DNA from: Clostridia bacterium
GTDB lineage: Bacteria; Bacillota; Clostridia; Christensenellales; UBA1242
Direction of reading: 5' to 3'
Length of the DNA stretch: 64,000 nucleotides
Assembly (NCBI GenBank): GCA_017468205.1
Contig: JAFUJK010000013.1
Span: 2,020-66,019, forward strand
Position 1 is the stretch's first letter; every line of letters begins with the position of its first letter. A program made the position numbers and the translations under genes. The notes under the pieces were generated by a model, which was given only the letters and a program-made list of their open reading frames with translations, made no database searches and was not told the origin of the DNA. This document shows, one piece after another, positions 27,880 through 36,369 of this stretch.

Positions 27880-29214
27880 ATGGGAAAATTGTTCGGCACG
27901 GACGGAATAAGAGGAATTGCAAATGAGAAAATGACGGCTGAATTGTCGTTTAATTTAGGGAAATCATTTGCAATTTTTCTTTTAAATTCAGCAAAACATA
28001 AGAAAATATTGCTAGGACAAGACACGCGAGTTTCGGGGCAAATGTTGAGTTTTGCGTTCGTTGCTGGGCTTAATTCGATGGGATTTTCGGTGATTATGGC
28101 GGGAATTATGCCTACACCAGCATTGAGTTTTTTGGTTAATTCACTTGATGTAGATGGGGGCGTAATGATAACTGCAAGCCATAATCCTGCTGAATTTAAT
28201 GGGCTAAAATTATATGATGCCAATGGTCTAAAATTGACAGAGAGTGCGCAAGCGGAAATTGAAAAAATTTATTGTGAAATTGATAGTTATCGAGGCTGTC
28301 CTCCTATGGAAGTTGGGCATTGCGAACAGCACGATTTGCTAAAAAAATGGGTTGACCATATTGCCATATCTCTTGGTAATCCAAAACTTGATGGGCTAAA
28401 AATTGCTCTTGATACTGCCAACGGCGCAAGTAGTTTAGTTGCTCCTTATGTGTTCAAAATGCTAGGCGCGATAACTACGACTTATCATAATTCTACCGAT
28501 GGAAAATTCATTAATAAAGATTGCGGAAGTACTTATATAGAGAATTTTGTCGATATTTGCATAAAAAATAAGTTTGATTATGGAATTAGTTTTGACGGTG
28601 ATGCGGACAGAGTTGCGGTAGTATGTGGGGACGGAAAAATTTTGGACGGCGCGGATTTGTTGTGGATTTTTGCCAATTATATGCACCAAAAAGGTGAACT
28701 TGCTGGTGATTGTGTTGTTTCAACTGTTATAACTAATTGTGGACTTGAAGAAAGCCTAAAAAAACGCGGAATAAGTATGATTCGTACCCCTGTTGGCGGT
28801 TTGTTTGTTCAACAAGAAATGATAAAGCAAAATTGCGTTTTGGGTGTCGAGGAAAGCGGGCATATAATGTTGAGAAAAGTGAATTTTGAGGCTTGTGGCA
28901 TTACTTCTGCTGTGTTTTTGCTTAAAATTTTGCTAGAAACAGGAAAAAGTGTCAACGAATTGTTAGAGGGCTTTGAAAGAACGGCGGTTGTTAAAGCTGA
29001 TGTTGATGTGAGTGAACGACAAAAACGAATAGTAGAGGAGGGCGTGCTTGAAGATTTGTGTGCGGAACTTGAAAATGAATTAAATAGTTTTGGGCGGATT
29101 GTTTTGCGTACAAGTGGTACGGAAAGTGTCGCGCGCGTTCTAGTCGAAGGAAAAGACAAGGAAATCTTGCAAAAAATTTGCAATCAAATCGTTTCTTCTA
29201 TTAAGAGTTTATAA
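27880..29214 (+). CDS. glmM: Phosphoglucosamine mutase (alpha-D-phosphohexomutase family)
   Basis: MGKLFGTDGIRG N-terminus, active-site TASHNPAEFNGLK, metal site FDGDADR, and a length of 444 aa typical of GlmM. Confidence 0.8.
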   Translation: MGKLFGTDGIRGIANEKMTAELSFNLGKSFAIFLLNSAKHKKILLGQDTRVSGQMLSFAFVAGLNSMGFSVIMAGIMPTPALSFLVNSLDVDGGVMITASHNPAEFNGLKLYDANGLKLTESAQAEIEKIYCEIDSYRGCPPMEVGHCEQHDLLKKWVDHIAISLGNPKLDGLKIALDTANGASSLVAPYVFKMLGAITTTYHNSTDGKFINKDCGSTYIENFVDICIKNKFDYGISFDGDADRVAVVCGDGKILDGADLLWIFANYMHQKGELAGDCVVSTVITNCGLEESLKKRGISMIRTPVGGLFVQQEMIKQNCVLGVEESGHIMLRKVNFEACGITSAVFLLKILLETGKSVNELLEGFERTAVVKADVDVSERQKRIVEEGVLEDLCAELENELNSFGRIVLRTSGTESVARVLVEGKDKEILQKICNQIVSSIKSL

Positions 29215-29343
29215 TCGTGAAATTTCACGATTTTTTTGCTATAATCGAAAAAAGATTGTATACTAAAAATATTTCAAAAATAAGTGAAAATTGTTAGTAA
29301 TTTGTCGCAAAATATGGTATAATAAGAGTAAATAAAATAGCTT

Positions 29344-29386
29344 GTCATTGCGAGGAGCGAGTTGCTTGCTCCGTGGCAATCTCGCC
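29344..29386 (+). repeat. Complete copy of the GTCATTGCGAGG...CGTGGCAATCTCGCC repeat in the 5' UTR of surface paralog 2
   Basis: gtcattgcgaggagcgagttgcttgctccgtggcaatctcgcc lies between the TGgTATAAT promoter element and the GGAGG SD. Confidence 0.85.
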
Positions 29387-29416
29387 TTTTAAATAATAAA
29401 AATCGGAGGAAAAACA

Positions 29417-31190
29417 ATGAAAAAAGACCATTTATCCACCCCTAAAAATCCGCAGGGGGGGGGGGGCGCTAAATAGCCAAAAAATTGTTGAAAATGGCTT
29501 AAATAAAGGCTTTTCGGACAATTTCAAAAATGAAAAAAGTTATAAAAAAGATAGTGAAATAAAACTATTTTCAATTATATTTACAAGTATTTTTTTATGC
29601 GCTTGTGTAGTAAGTGTAAGTGTATTTTTTGCTCTGTATTCAAAGGCTTTGTATGACTACAATAATACAGATTATTATATTGGCGATATGCTTAACAATA
29701 ACTCTGTGAATATTGATACATATAATACGCTGATTTCAAAAATTTCGGGTGATACGGGTGGACGTGCTTCAATTAATGGGGGAACACCGATATCATTTAA
29801 AATGGGGGACTACTATTGGCAGGTAGTGTATGTGGACCCATATAATACAGATATAGTTTCTGTTTGGATGACGGACGTTACGGAGTATAAGTCGATTTGG
29901 TATGAATCATCAGCAATAAAGGAATATTCTGAATCTGTATTATATAGCACGGTAAATACAATTTACGCTGCACAAAAAAATGCATATCCAGTTTTGGATA
30001 ATATAACAGTTTCGCAAACAAATATGAGCAGTGATTATAAGGCGAAACAAGATAGTTTGGCTGTTACTAACATAGGTTTTGATGTAGTTACCAAATCTGG
30101 GACATTATCCACTTTGACTGATAAATTTTGGGCTCCCAGCACTCACGAACTTATCACATATTGGGAAATTGATGCATCAGATATGTATGCCTCAGATACT
30201 AGTTGGTTGCGTAATTGTTTGTTTTATGGACCAGATGGTGGTGTTTATATGGCTGGCTGGGTTAGTGGTGATGGAGATATGGGTAAAGCGACCCTTCCTA
30301 ATTCAATGTATGTGCGTCCAGCGTGTCATTTATCATTGGCACAGTTAAAAAGCAATGCTTGTTTTAATGTTATAGTAAATTCTGACAATACCTCTATGGG
30401 GACAGTTTCTGGTGGTGGTGAATATTCCAATGACGGAACGGAAAGCGCGACAATTACAGCGACCCCAAGCGCAGGCTATGCTTTTTCGCATTGGTTGAAT
30501 AGTGCGGGGGATATTGTTTCTACAAGCGCAACTTATACATTCACAGTTACCGCAACTGATACATATACGGCAGTATTTAGAGAGTACGCGCTATCAATTA
30601 CAACAGATAATGGTGGAAGCGAAATATCTACTCAAAAGTTTGACCAACTTAACACTATGACTACTTACGCGCTCACTTTCACATCAGGCAATTATATATC
30701 CCAAATACAATTTAATGGTGGTACTTTACGAGATATTAAATGTAACAGCGGAACTTTCAGTGATGTGGGAGGTTGTACGGCTGTAACATATTATGCAAAT
30801 ACAAATGGCTCCGAATTAGTGTTGAATTTATATAATTATAATGGTTTACAAGATTTGGTTATAAAATTATATTTCGTTAACACAGCACAAGCACTAAAAG
30901 CACCTAGTGGTGGTGTTGAAACAACAGCGGTTTATGCTACAAATGGTGGCGAAGTGCGCCTTACTGGCTCGGACTTGGCAGATGAAAGCGACACGGTTGT
31001 GTGTATGGCGGTGGCGTATGCAGGTTATCAATTTGACGGCTGGACTGATAGCGATGGCAACAATCTTGGCACTGCTTTAAGCATTCGCCTCACAAAAGAA
31101 CAAGTTGAAGGAAAAGTCATAACTGCGAATTTTTCGCAAATTAGTACAAATGTTAATACTGAAACAAACAATACGGAAAATTTAACATAA
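29417..31190 (+). CDS. Surface protein paralog 2: DUF6273-like N-terminal domain plus InlB B-repeat-like C-terminal module, frameshifted at the G12 tract (phase-OFF as sequenced)
   Basis: ATG 29417 has GGAGG 7 nt upstream. It reads MKKDHLSTPKNPQGGGGAK and then stops at G12. The main ORF frame is open from the tract through 31190 and encodes a TM anchor (LFSIIFTSIFLCACVVSVSVFFAL), but has no ATG before the TTG at 29649. FWAPSTHELITYWE...SWLRN...VRPACHLSL resembles DUF6273. Confidence 0.65.
29455..29466 (+). repeat. G12 homopolymer (candidate phase-variation tract)
   Basis: 12 consecutive G counted directly. The flanking sequence ccgcag-G12-cgctaaatagc is identical to the tract at 23368. Confidence 0.95.
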
Positions 31191-31219
31191 GGGTGCTTTA
31201 AAAGCCATTTTATAAAAAC

Positions 31220-31245
31220 AAAAAAGCGCAGTTGCGCTTTTTTTA
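31220..31245. terminator. Bidirectional terminator between convergent genes
   Basis: AAAAAAGCGCA-gt-TGCGCTTTTTTT. Confidence 0.7.
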
Positions 31246-32565
31246 ATAATGTATTTTTGAGCGGTGAGTTTGGCGGAGAGTACGCTTTTTGTTGCCTAGT
31301 TTAGAGCCTCCACGAACGTTTACGCTTCCGCTTTTTGAATTTGTGCGTTCACCGCGTCCACACATAATTGCGCGTTTTTCGCGTGATTTTATATTGAGTT
31401 TTTTGCCTTGTTTTTGTGGCTTTTGCGGACGTGCGCTTTCTGTGTTTCCGTTTAGTGTCAAGGTTGAAAGAGTGATTTTAGATTTTGTTTTCTTCTCAAT
31501 TTCTTGCAAATCTTGCACTTGTTCTGGGGTGTTAAGAAGTGTGTAAGCATTTCCGCTAGCACCTGCGCGTCCCGTTCTACCTACGCGGTGAATGTAATAT
31601 TCATTGTTTTGAGGAAGGTCAAAGTTAATAACAGAAATAATGTCTTTTACATCAATTCCGCGTGCGGCGATGTCGGTTGTAACCAAAATGTTATTAGGTT
31701 CTGATTTATATTCGTTCATAACGCGCTTGCGCACATTTTGAGGCATATCGCCGTGCAATGCGAGCGCCATAAATCCCATTTTGCGCAAATAAACTTGAAC
31801 ACCGTCCACCATTTTTTTAGTGTTACAGAATACAATTGTTCGGCCACGAGGTAGTTCGTTAAGCAACGCGTGAAGTGCGCGCTTTTTCTTGTCCTTTGGG
31901 CAAATGAAATATGTTTGCTTGATGTTTGAAATTGTCGCGTTTGGCGTACCAACTTGAATTGTTTCAGGCTTGTTCATATATTTTTTTGTAATCGCCAAAA
32001 TATCTTTGGACATTGTTGCGCTGAACATAATTGTTTGTCTTTCCTCTGGGGTTGCACGCAAGATTGTTTCAATATCATTTCTAAATCCCATATTCAACAT
32101 CTCGTCAGCTTCGTCAAGCACAACCGTTGAAACAAGACCTAATTTTAGCGTTTTTCTTGAAATGTGGTCAAGCACGCGTCCAGGTGTTCCAATAACAATG
32201 TTTGCCCCGCGTTTTAATGAATAAATCTGACGTTGTATATCAGCGCCACCATAAACTGCAACCGCGCGCAATCCGCTGTTTTTGCTGATTACTTTGCGCA
32301 CTTCGAGTAAAATTTGCTCGGCAAGTTCACGAGTAGGGCAGAGAACAAGCGCCTGAACATAGCGCTCTTCATTTACTTTTTGCAAGATTGGAAGAGAAAA
32401 AGCCAAAGTTTTGCCTGTTCCAGTTTGTGAAAGTCCAATTAAGTCCTTGCCGTTTAAAATTGTAGGAATTGCGCGGGTTTGAATTTCTGTTGGCGCACTA
32501 AAACCTTGCTCGTGCAACGCAGAAACCAAATCTGGGCGCAAGCCAAGATTTTCAAATGTTTTCAT
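31243..32565 (-). CDS. DEAD-box ATP-dependent RNA helicase with basic C-terminal tail
   Basis: Q motif, GTGKT, DEAD (VLDEADEML), SAT, HRVGRTGRAG, and a K/R-rich tail. Confidence 0.92.
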   Translation of the reverse strand: MKTFENLGLRPDLVSALHEQGFSAPTEIQTRAIPTILNGKDLIGLSQTGTGKTLAFSLPILQKVNEERYVQALVLCPTRELAEQILLEVRKVISKNSGLRAVAVYGGADIQRQIYSLKRGANIVIGTPGRVLDHISRKTLKLGLVSTVVLDEADEMLNMGFRNDIETILRATPEERQTIMFSATMSKDILAITKKYMNKPETIQVGTPNATISNIKQTYFICPKDKKKRALHALLNELPRGRTIVFCNTKKMVDGVQVYLRKMGFMALALHGDMPQNVRKRVMNEYKSEPNNILVTTDIAARGIDVKDIISVINFDLPQNNEYYIHRVGRTGRAGASGNAYTLLNTPEQVQDLQEIEKKTKSKITLSTLTLNGNTESARPQKPQKQGKKLNIKSREKRAIMCGRGERTNSKSGSVNVRGGSKLGNKKRTLRQTHRSKIHY

Positions 32566-32744
32566 AATATTACCTCATATAAGTTTTTCCAAAGTGGGGA
32601 AATCCCAGATTTACATCGGCTAAATGTAGCCCAGCACTTAACTGATATAAATCAAAAAACAAATAGAGTATTTGCCAAGTGCTTATAAATAAATCAATTT
32701 CTTTGATTATTTAAGTATATCATATATAATGTGATTTGTCAAGT

Positions 32745-32948
32745 TTAAATAAATTTATACAATAGTTCGAGTGGTTCGATGTCTAGAACCTCGGCAATGC
32801 TTAAAAAATGAGTGAGAGGGAATTTTATGGATTTTCGCTTGATTGCATTTAGTGTGCGCTTGGTGATTTTGCATTTTTCGCAAAATTCTTCTTCTGTAAT
32901 ATTGTTTTTCTCCATAAATTTTAAAATGCATTTATATGCTCTGTTCAT
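32745..32948 (-). CDS. Small XRE/Cro-like HTH protein
   Basis: 67 aa. ITEEEFCEKCKITKRTLNAIKRK is an HTH-like segment. Divergent from a second HTH gene. Confidence 0.6.
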   Translation of the reverse strand: MNRAYKCILKFMEKNNITEEEFCEKCKITKRTLNAIKRKSIKFPLTHFLSIAEVLDIEPLELLYKFI

Positions 32949-32977
32949 ATTGTTCTCCTTATATTAATTATCAAGAT

Positions 32978-33017
32978 TTCCACTTGTGGAAAATATTATA
33001 TCATTCCACTTGTGGAA
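32978..33017. promoter_or_regulatory. Two identical inverted-repeat operators TTCCAC-TT-GTGGAA in a divergent promoter region
   Basis: ttccacttgtggaa occurs at 32978..32991 and again at 33004..33017. The 6 bp arms are exact reverse complements, and the two sites are 26 bp apart centre to centre. Confidence 0.65.
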
Positions 33018-33052
33018 AGTCAAATACTTTTTTAAATTTTTTTGCTATAATA

Positions 33053-33265
33053 ATGCTTATGAGAAAATTAAGTGCAAAATTAAAAGAATTGCGGTTAGAT
33101 AAGGGCTTATCTATGAATGAATTGAGCAAGGAGTTGGGCGTTGGAATAGCGACAATTAGTCGTTGGGAAAACGGGCAAGCAGATGTAAAAAGTGACCAAT
33201 TATTGTTATTGGCAAAGTATTTCAAAGTTACAACAGATTATTTGCTGGGAATTGAGGACGATTAA
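33053..33265 (+). CDS. XRE-family HTH transcriptional regulator
   Basis: LKELRLDKGLSMNELSKELGVGIATISRWENGQ. The start at ATG 33053 or 33059 is preferred over the upstream ORF-track start, which overlaps the operators. Confidence 0.8.
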   Translation: MLMRKLSAKLKELRLDKGLSMNELSKELGVGIATISRWENGQADVKSDQLLLLAKYFKVTTDYLLGIEDD

Positions 33266-33292
33266 AAAAAGTTTAGCAAAGTGCTAAACTTT

Positions 33293-34240
33293 TTACTTAT
33301 TTACAACGCTTATGAAATTGTTTTCATAATAAAATGTTACATCTTCATTTGTTACTTTAACTTGAAAATTTGTGTAAATTGGTTGTGTGCTTGTTTCTTC
33401 TATTTTGTGTACATTAAAAGTGTCGGTAGTGTTTTCTACGTGTACAATTTCATATTTTGTTATTCTTAAAGCAGAGCCGTTTTTTGATTCAAATTCAAGA
33501 TATAATTCTCGTTCCTCATTTTCTTTTGAGGTTTCAACGTGCATTGCTTTTAACACAAATTCGCAATCGCTGTTAGGGTGCTCTTCAATGTGATATTCAT
33601 ATTCAATTTCGTCTTCTTCAATAGTTTGTTTTACAATAACTTCATTGCCACTTGGGGAAACAGTAGTAAATTCAATTTCAGTTTCGCGTTCGCCTTTTTC
33701 GTTGATTTCAACTTCACGAGTGCCGATAACGTCGTACTCATCGCCAATGATTACAAGTTTACCTGTTAGGGTTGAAGATATGTTCACTTCGTGTTCTTGA
33801 ACATCGCGGTTATTTTCCGTGTTTGTTTCAGTAAAGTATAAGATATATTCTCTTATTTGGTTTGTTATTGTTGGGATTGTTATGTTCATTTTGTTTTTGT
33901 AATTATGATATCTTTCTGGGTCGTTTGAGGTAACGCGGGAAGTTGTGTGCGATATGCTGTCGTCCTGCAAAATTTCATCGAACATTCCAAGATAAGTTGC
34001 GAGGTTTTTCTCGTCAGCTTCGCTAATTGATTCAGGGCGGGAAATGTTGCTGGTTAGGATAGTGCTAGATGTTACAAGGTCGCTTTCCATTTCAAATAAG
34101 TATTGCGCACTGGAAACGGCAGCAAAAGAATAAATATCGCGGGCGCTTATAGAATCCGTTTCTCCACAGCCTGTAAAGCAAAGGGTAGTAGGAGCAACAA
34201 GAGCCACTGCCATAAGTGCGCCGACAAATTTTTTCTTCAT
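33293..34240 (-). CDS. Putative lipoprotein, acidic, unknown function
   Basis: MKKKFVGALMAVALVAPTTLCFTGCGE is a signal peptide with a lipobox-like FTGC. GGAGG SD before the ATG at 34240. Confidence 0.6.
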   Translation of the reverse strand: MKKKFVGALMAVALVAPTTLCFTGCGETDSISARDIYSFAAVSSAQYLFEMESDLVTSSTILTSNISRPESISEADEKNLATYLGMFDEILQDDSISHTTSRVTSNDPERYHNYKNKMNITIPTITNQIREYILYFTETNTENNRDVQEHEVNISSTLTGKLVIIGDEYDVIGTREVEINEKGERETEIEFTTVSPSGNEVIVKQTIEEDEIEYEYHIEEHPNSDCEFVLKAMHVETSKENEERELYLEFESKNGSALRITKYEIVHVENTTDTFNVHKIEETSTQPIYTNFQVKVTNEDVTFYYENNFISVVNK

Positions 34241-34415
34241 ATCATATCCTCCCAAAAATGCTTTTAATAATTTTACACTATTTAAAATTTTAGAGCAAAC
34301 AAAATTGCATATTTTGTTAAAAATTTTCATATATGATTTTATTAGGTAAATCATTAGGCAATTTAACAGCTTTTTGTTGACATTTGAACTTGAATTTGAT
34401 ATACTAAAAAAGTAT

Positions 34416-34503
34416 GGAAAGGTGTCAGAGTGGTTGAATGAGCCGGCCTCGAAATTCGGTATGCTTCACGGCATCGAGGGTTCAAATCCCTCCCTTTCCG
34501 CCA
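34416..34503 (+). tRNA. tRNA-Ser (anticodon CGA), class II with long variable arm, CCA encoded
   Basis: Acceptor GGAAAGG/CCTTTCC. 3 bp D-stem with GG in the loop. Anticodon loop CTCGAAA. Variable arm ATGC-ttcacg-GCAT. T-arm GAGGG-TTCAAAT-CCCTC. Discriminator G plus CCA. Confidence 0.85.
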
Positions 34504-34526
34504 AAATTAAAAGGAGTGAATTTAGT

Positions 34527-35345
34527 TCATTCCTTTTTTAAAATTGGGATTACTTTAATTAATAGGGCGATTACACACATTAGACTTCCCCAGAGTAGAT
34601 AGTAGATTTTAAACGGAACAATAAAACTTGTCGCGAGTAACAAAAATCCAAATAGTAGATAGTGTCGTGCGCGTGCAGGATTTAGCGCGTAGGCAATAAT
34701 TTCTTTGCGTTGTAATTTCGGCTTATCAACATCAAGCACAGCGGGGAGCGGGGATTTATCTTTTGCGTATTGTCCATAAAACTCAAGAGTATCCATAAAA
34801 GAAAATTTCCAGCCGTTTAGTTGTTTTGTAAAAATTTTCACATCAGATTCGACCTCGTCCGCGCAAATTATCACTTCGCTAATGCCTTTTGCTTTTGCGA
34901 GTTTAAAGACGGTGGAAAGATGAGAGAGTGCGAATTTTTTATTCTCGTAAAACGGCACAAAAAGGGTGCTATGCATAGTACTATGCGCGCTATTTTGCGC
35001 AGAGTTGGGGGTTAAAACAAGGGAATTTGCGCAAATTTCACTTATTTGATAGTCTTTGTCAAGACATGCGCTGAAAAATTCTAAAACTTGTGATATTGGA
35101 GTGAAATTAAGGTTGAGTGCGAGTGTTTGGGCATTCTTTTTTTCTGTCTTGGAAAGATTAATTTTTAGATTTCGCTTGTATCCCAAAAAGAAAACTAGAT
35201 AGACAATCAATCCTGAAAGTGTCGCGCCCGCTAGTGCCGATATTGCTACTGTTTTTGCGTAAAAACGAATCCACGCAAAAAATAAAAGCCATAAAGCAAG
35301 AAATAAGATAATCGCATCAACAAACAAACTAAACCTACTGCGCAT
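34527..35345 (-). CDS. Hypothetical membrane protein (2 N-terminal and 2 C-terminal TM helices around a soluble core)
   Basis: 272 aa with hydrophobic segments at both ends. It carries an in-frame copy of the triple 12-mer repeat, encoding NSAQNSAHSTMHST. Confidence 0.6.
   Translation of the reverse strand: MRSRFSLFVDAIILFLALWLLFFAWIRFYAKTVAISALAGATLSGLIVYLVFFLGYKRNLKINLSKTEKKNAQTLALNLNFTPISQVLEFFSACLDKDYQISEICANSLVLTPNSAQNSAHSTMHSTLFVPFYENKKFALSHLSTVFKLAKAKGISEVIICADEVESDVKIFTKQLNGWKFSFMDTLEFYGQYAKDKSPLPAVLDVDKPKLQRKEIIAYALNPARARHYLLFGFLLLATSFIVPFKIYYLLWGSLMCVIALLIKVIPILKKE
34965..35006 (+). repeat. Triple 12-mer repeat element, copy A (inside a CDS)
   Basis: ggtgc TATGCATAGTAC TATGCGCGCTAT TTTGCGCAGAGT. 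Near-identical to 41046..41086 and related to 53614..53648. Confidence 0.8.
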
Positions 35346-35524
35346 ACGTAACTCCTCGTTTACTTTTGGCTTAATTATTGCCTAAATTAGATGCGTTTAT
35401 GCTAAAATAATTGACTAAATGAGTAAAATAGGTTATACTATGCTAAATAGTAATGAACTGCGAAATTGAAGCGTATTTTGCTTTAAAATCACATCACTAT
35501 TCACTTTTAATTAAGGAGGCTTAT

Positions 35525-35950
35525 ATGAAAGTTAAACAATTTAGTAATGACACAACGCTTGCGATAAAGGCTAGCGAAATTTTAGATGAAAATAAGGCTG
35601 AAAATATTGCATTGATTGATGTATCTTATCTTTCAAATATCGCAGATTATTTTATTATCGCAACCGCAAATAGTACAGTACACGCGCGTGCACTTGAAGG
35701 GCATATTGAGGACGCGCTTGAAGAGATAGATGCAAAGGTGATTAGACGCGATGGTACAGGTGATAATCGTTGGATAGTACTTGATTTTGGCTCACTCATA
35801 GTGCATATTTTAACGGCAGAAATGCGTGAGTTTTATAACATTGAAAAACTTTGGAGTGATGGAAAAAATACGCTGAATTTGGTGGGAATTAGAAAATTAG
35901 CCGAAACTCCAAAGGAAGCAACTGCAAGTGTCGAGGAGAGCACCGCGTAA
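35525..35950 (+). CDS. rsfS: Ribosome silencing factor RsfS (iojap family)
   Basis: IALIDVSYLSNIADYFIIATANSTVHARAL ... WIVLDFGSLIVHILTAEMREFYNIEKLW. AAGGAGG SD before the ATG at 35525. Confidence 0.88.
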   Translation: MKVKQFSNDTTLAIKASEILDENKAENIALIDVSYLSNIADYFIIATANSTVHARALEGHIEDALEEIDAKVIRRDGTGDNRWIVLDFGSLIVHILTAEMREFYNIEKLWSDGKNTLNLVGIRKLAETPKEATASVEESTA

Positions 35951-36369
35951 TGGAAAAAATTGTGGAAAATGTGGAAGATTTAGGAAAAGTGGCTCGTGAA
36001 TTTGCTCAAACACTAAATGAAGGTGATGTTGTATTGCTTACAGGCGATTTGGGCGCTGGCAAAACTACATTTGTAAAAGCCGTTGCCAAGGCTTTGGGCT
36101 TTGATGGACTTGTAACAAGCCCAACTTTTACTATTCTAAATGAATATGCAGGAAAAATGCCAATTTATCACTTTGATATGTATAGGCTAAAATCGTGTGC
36201 CGAGGCGGTTGAAAGTGGGCTTGACGAAGTATTGCGTTCGGGAGAAGGTGTTTGCTTTGTCGAATGGCCTCAAAAGGTCGCAGGTATTTTGCCTAAAAAT
36301 AGCATTATGATTGATATTTCCGTCATTGACGAAAACGCAAGAAAAATCAGGATTTCGGAGGCAAAATGA
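35950..36369 (+). CDS. tsaE: tRNA t6A37 biosynthesis ATPase TsaE
   Basis: LTGDLGAGKTTFVK P-loop and HFDMYRL motif. TAATG overlap with rsfS. Confidence 0.88.
   Translation: MEKIVENVEDLGKVAREFAQTLNEGDVVLLTGDLGAGKTTFVKAVAKALGFDGLVTSPTFTILNEYAGKMPIYHFDMYRLKSCAEAVESGLDEVLRSGEGVCFVEWPQKVAGILPKNSIMIDISVIDENARKIRISEAK

Noticed and set aside
23805-31190. Diversity-generating retroelement (template/variable repeat) as an explanation for the two near-identical 798 nt modules
   Set aside because: No reverse transcriptase is present in the window. The nucleotide differences are a mix of all substitution types rather than adenine-specific.
32566-32744. Possible structured RNA or riboswitch in the long leader of the DEAD-box helicase
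   Set aside because: Only short hairpins are visible and there is no recognisable riboswitch core. Long 5' UTRs are common for these helicases.
33281-33769. Plus-strand ORFs of 62-68 aa (33281..33469, 33387..33593, 33578..33769)
   Set aside because: They are antisense to the lipoprotein gene, with the Phe/Ile/Cys-rich shadow composition expected from an acidic AT-rich gene.
34241-34526. Integrated element at tRNA-Ser
   Set aside because: No integrase was seen, and no duplicated tRNA 3' segment was spotted nearby. The idea is kept only as a possibility within the HTH-switch finding.
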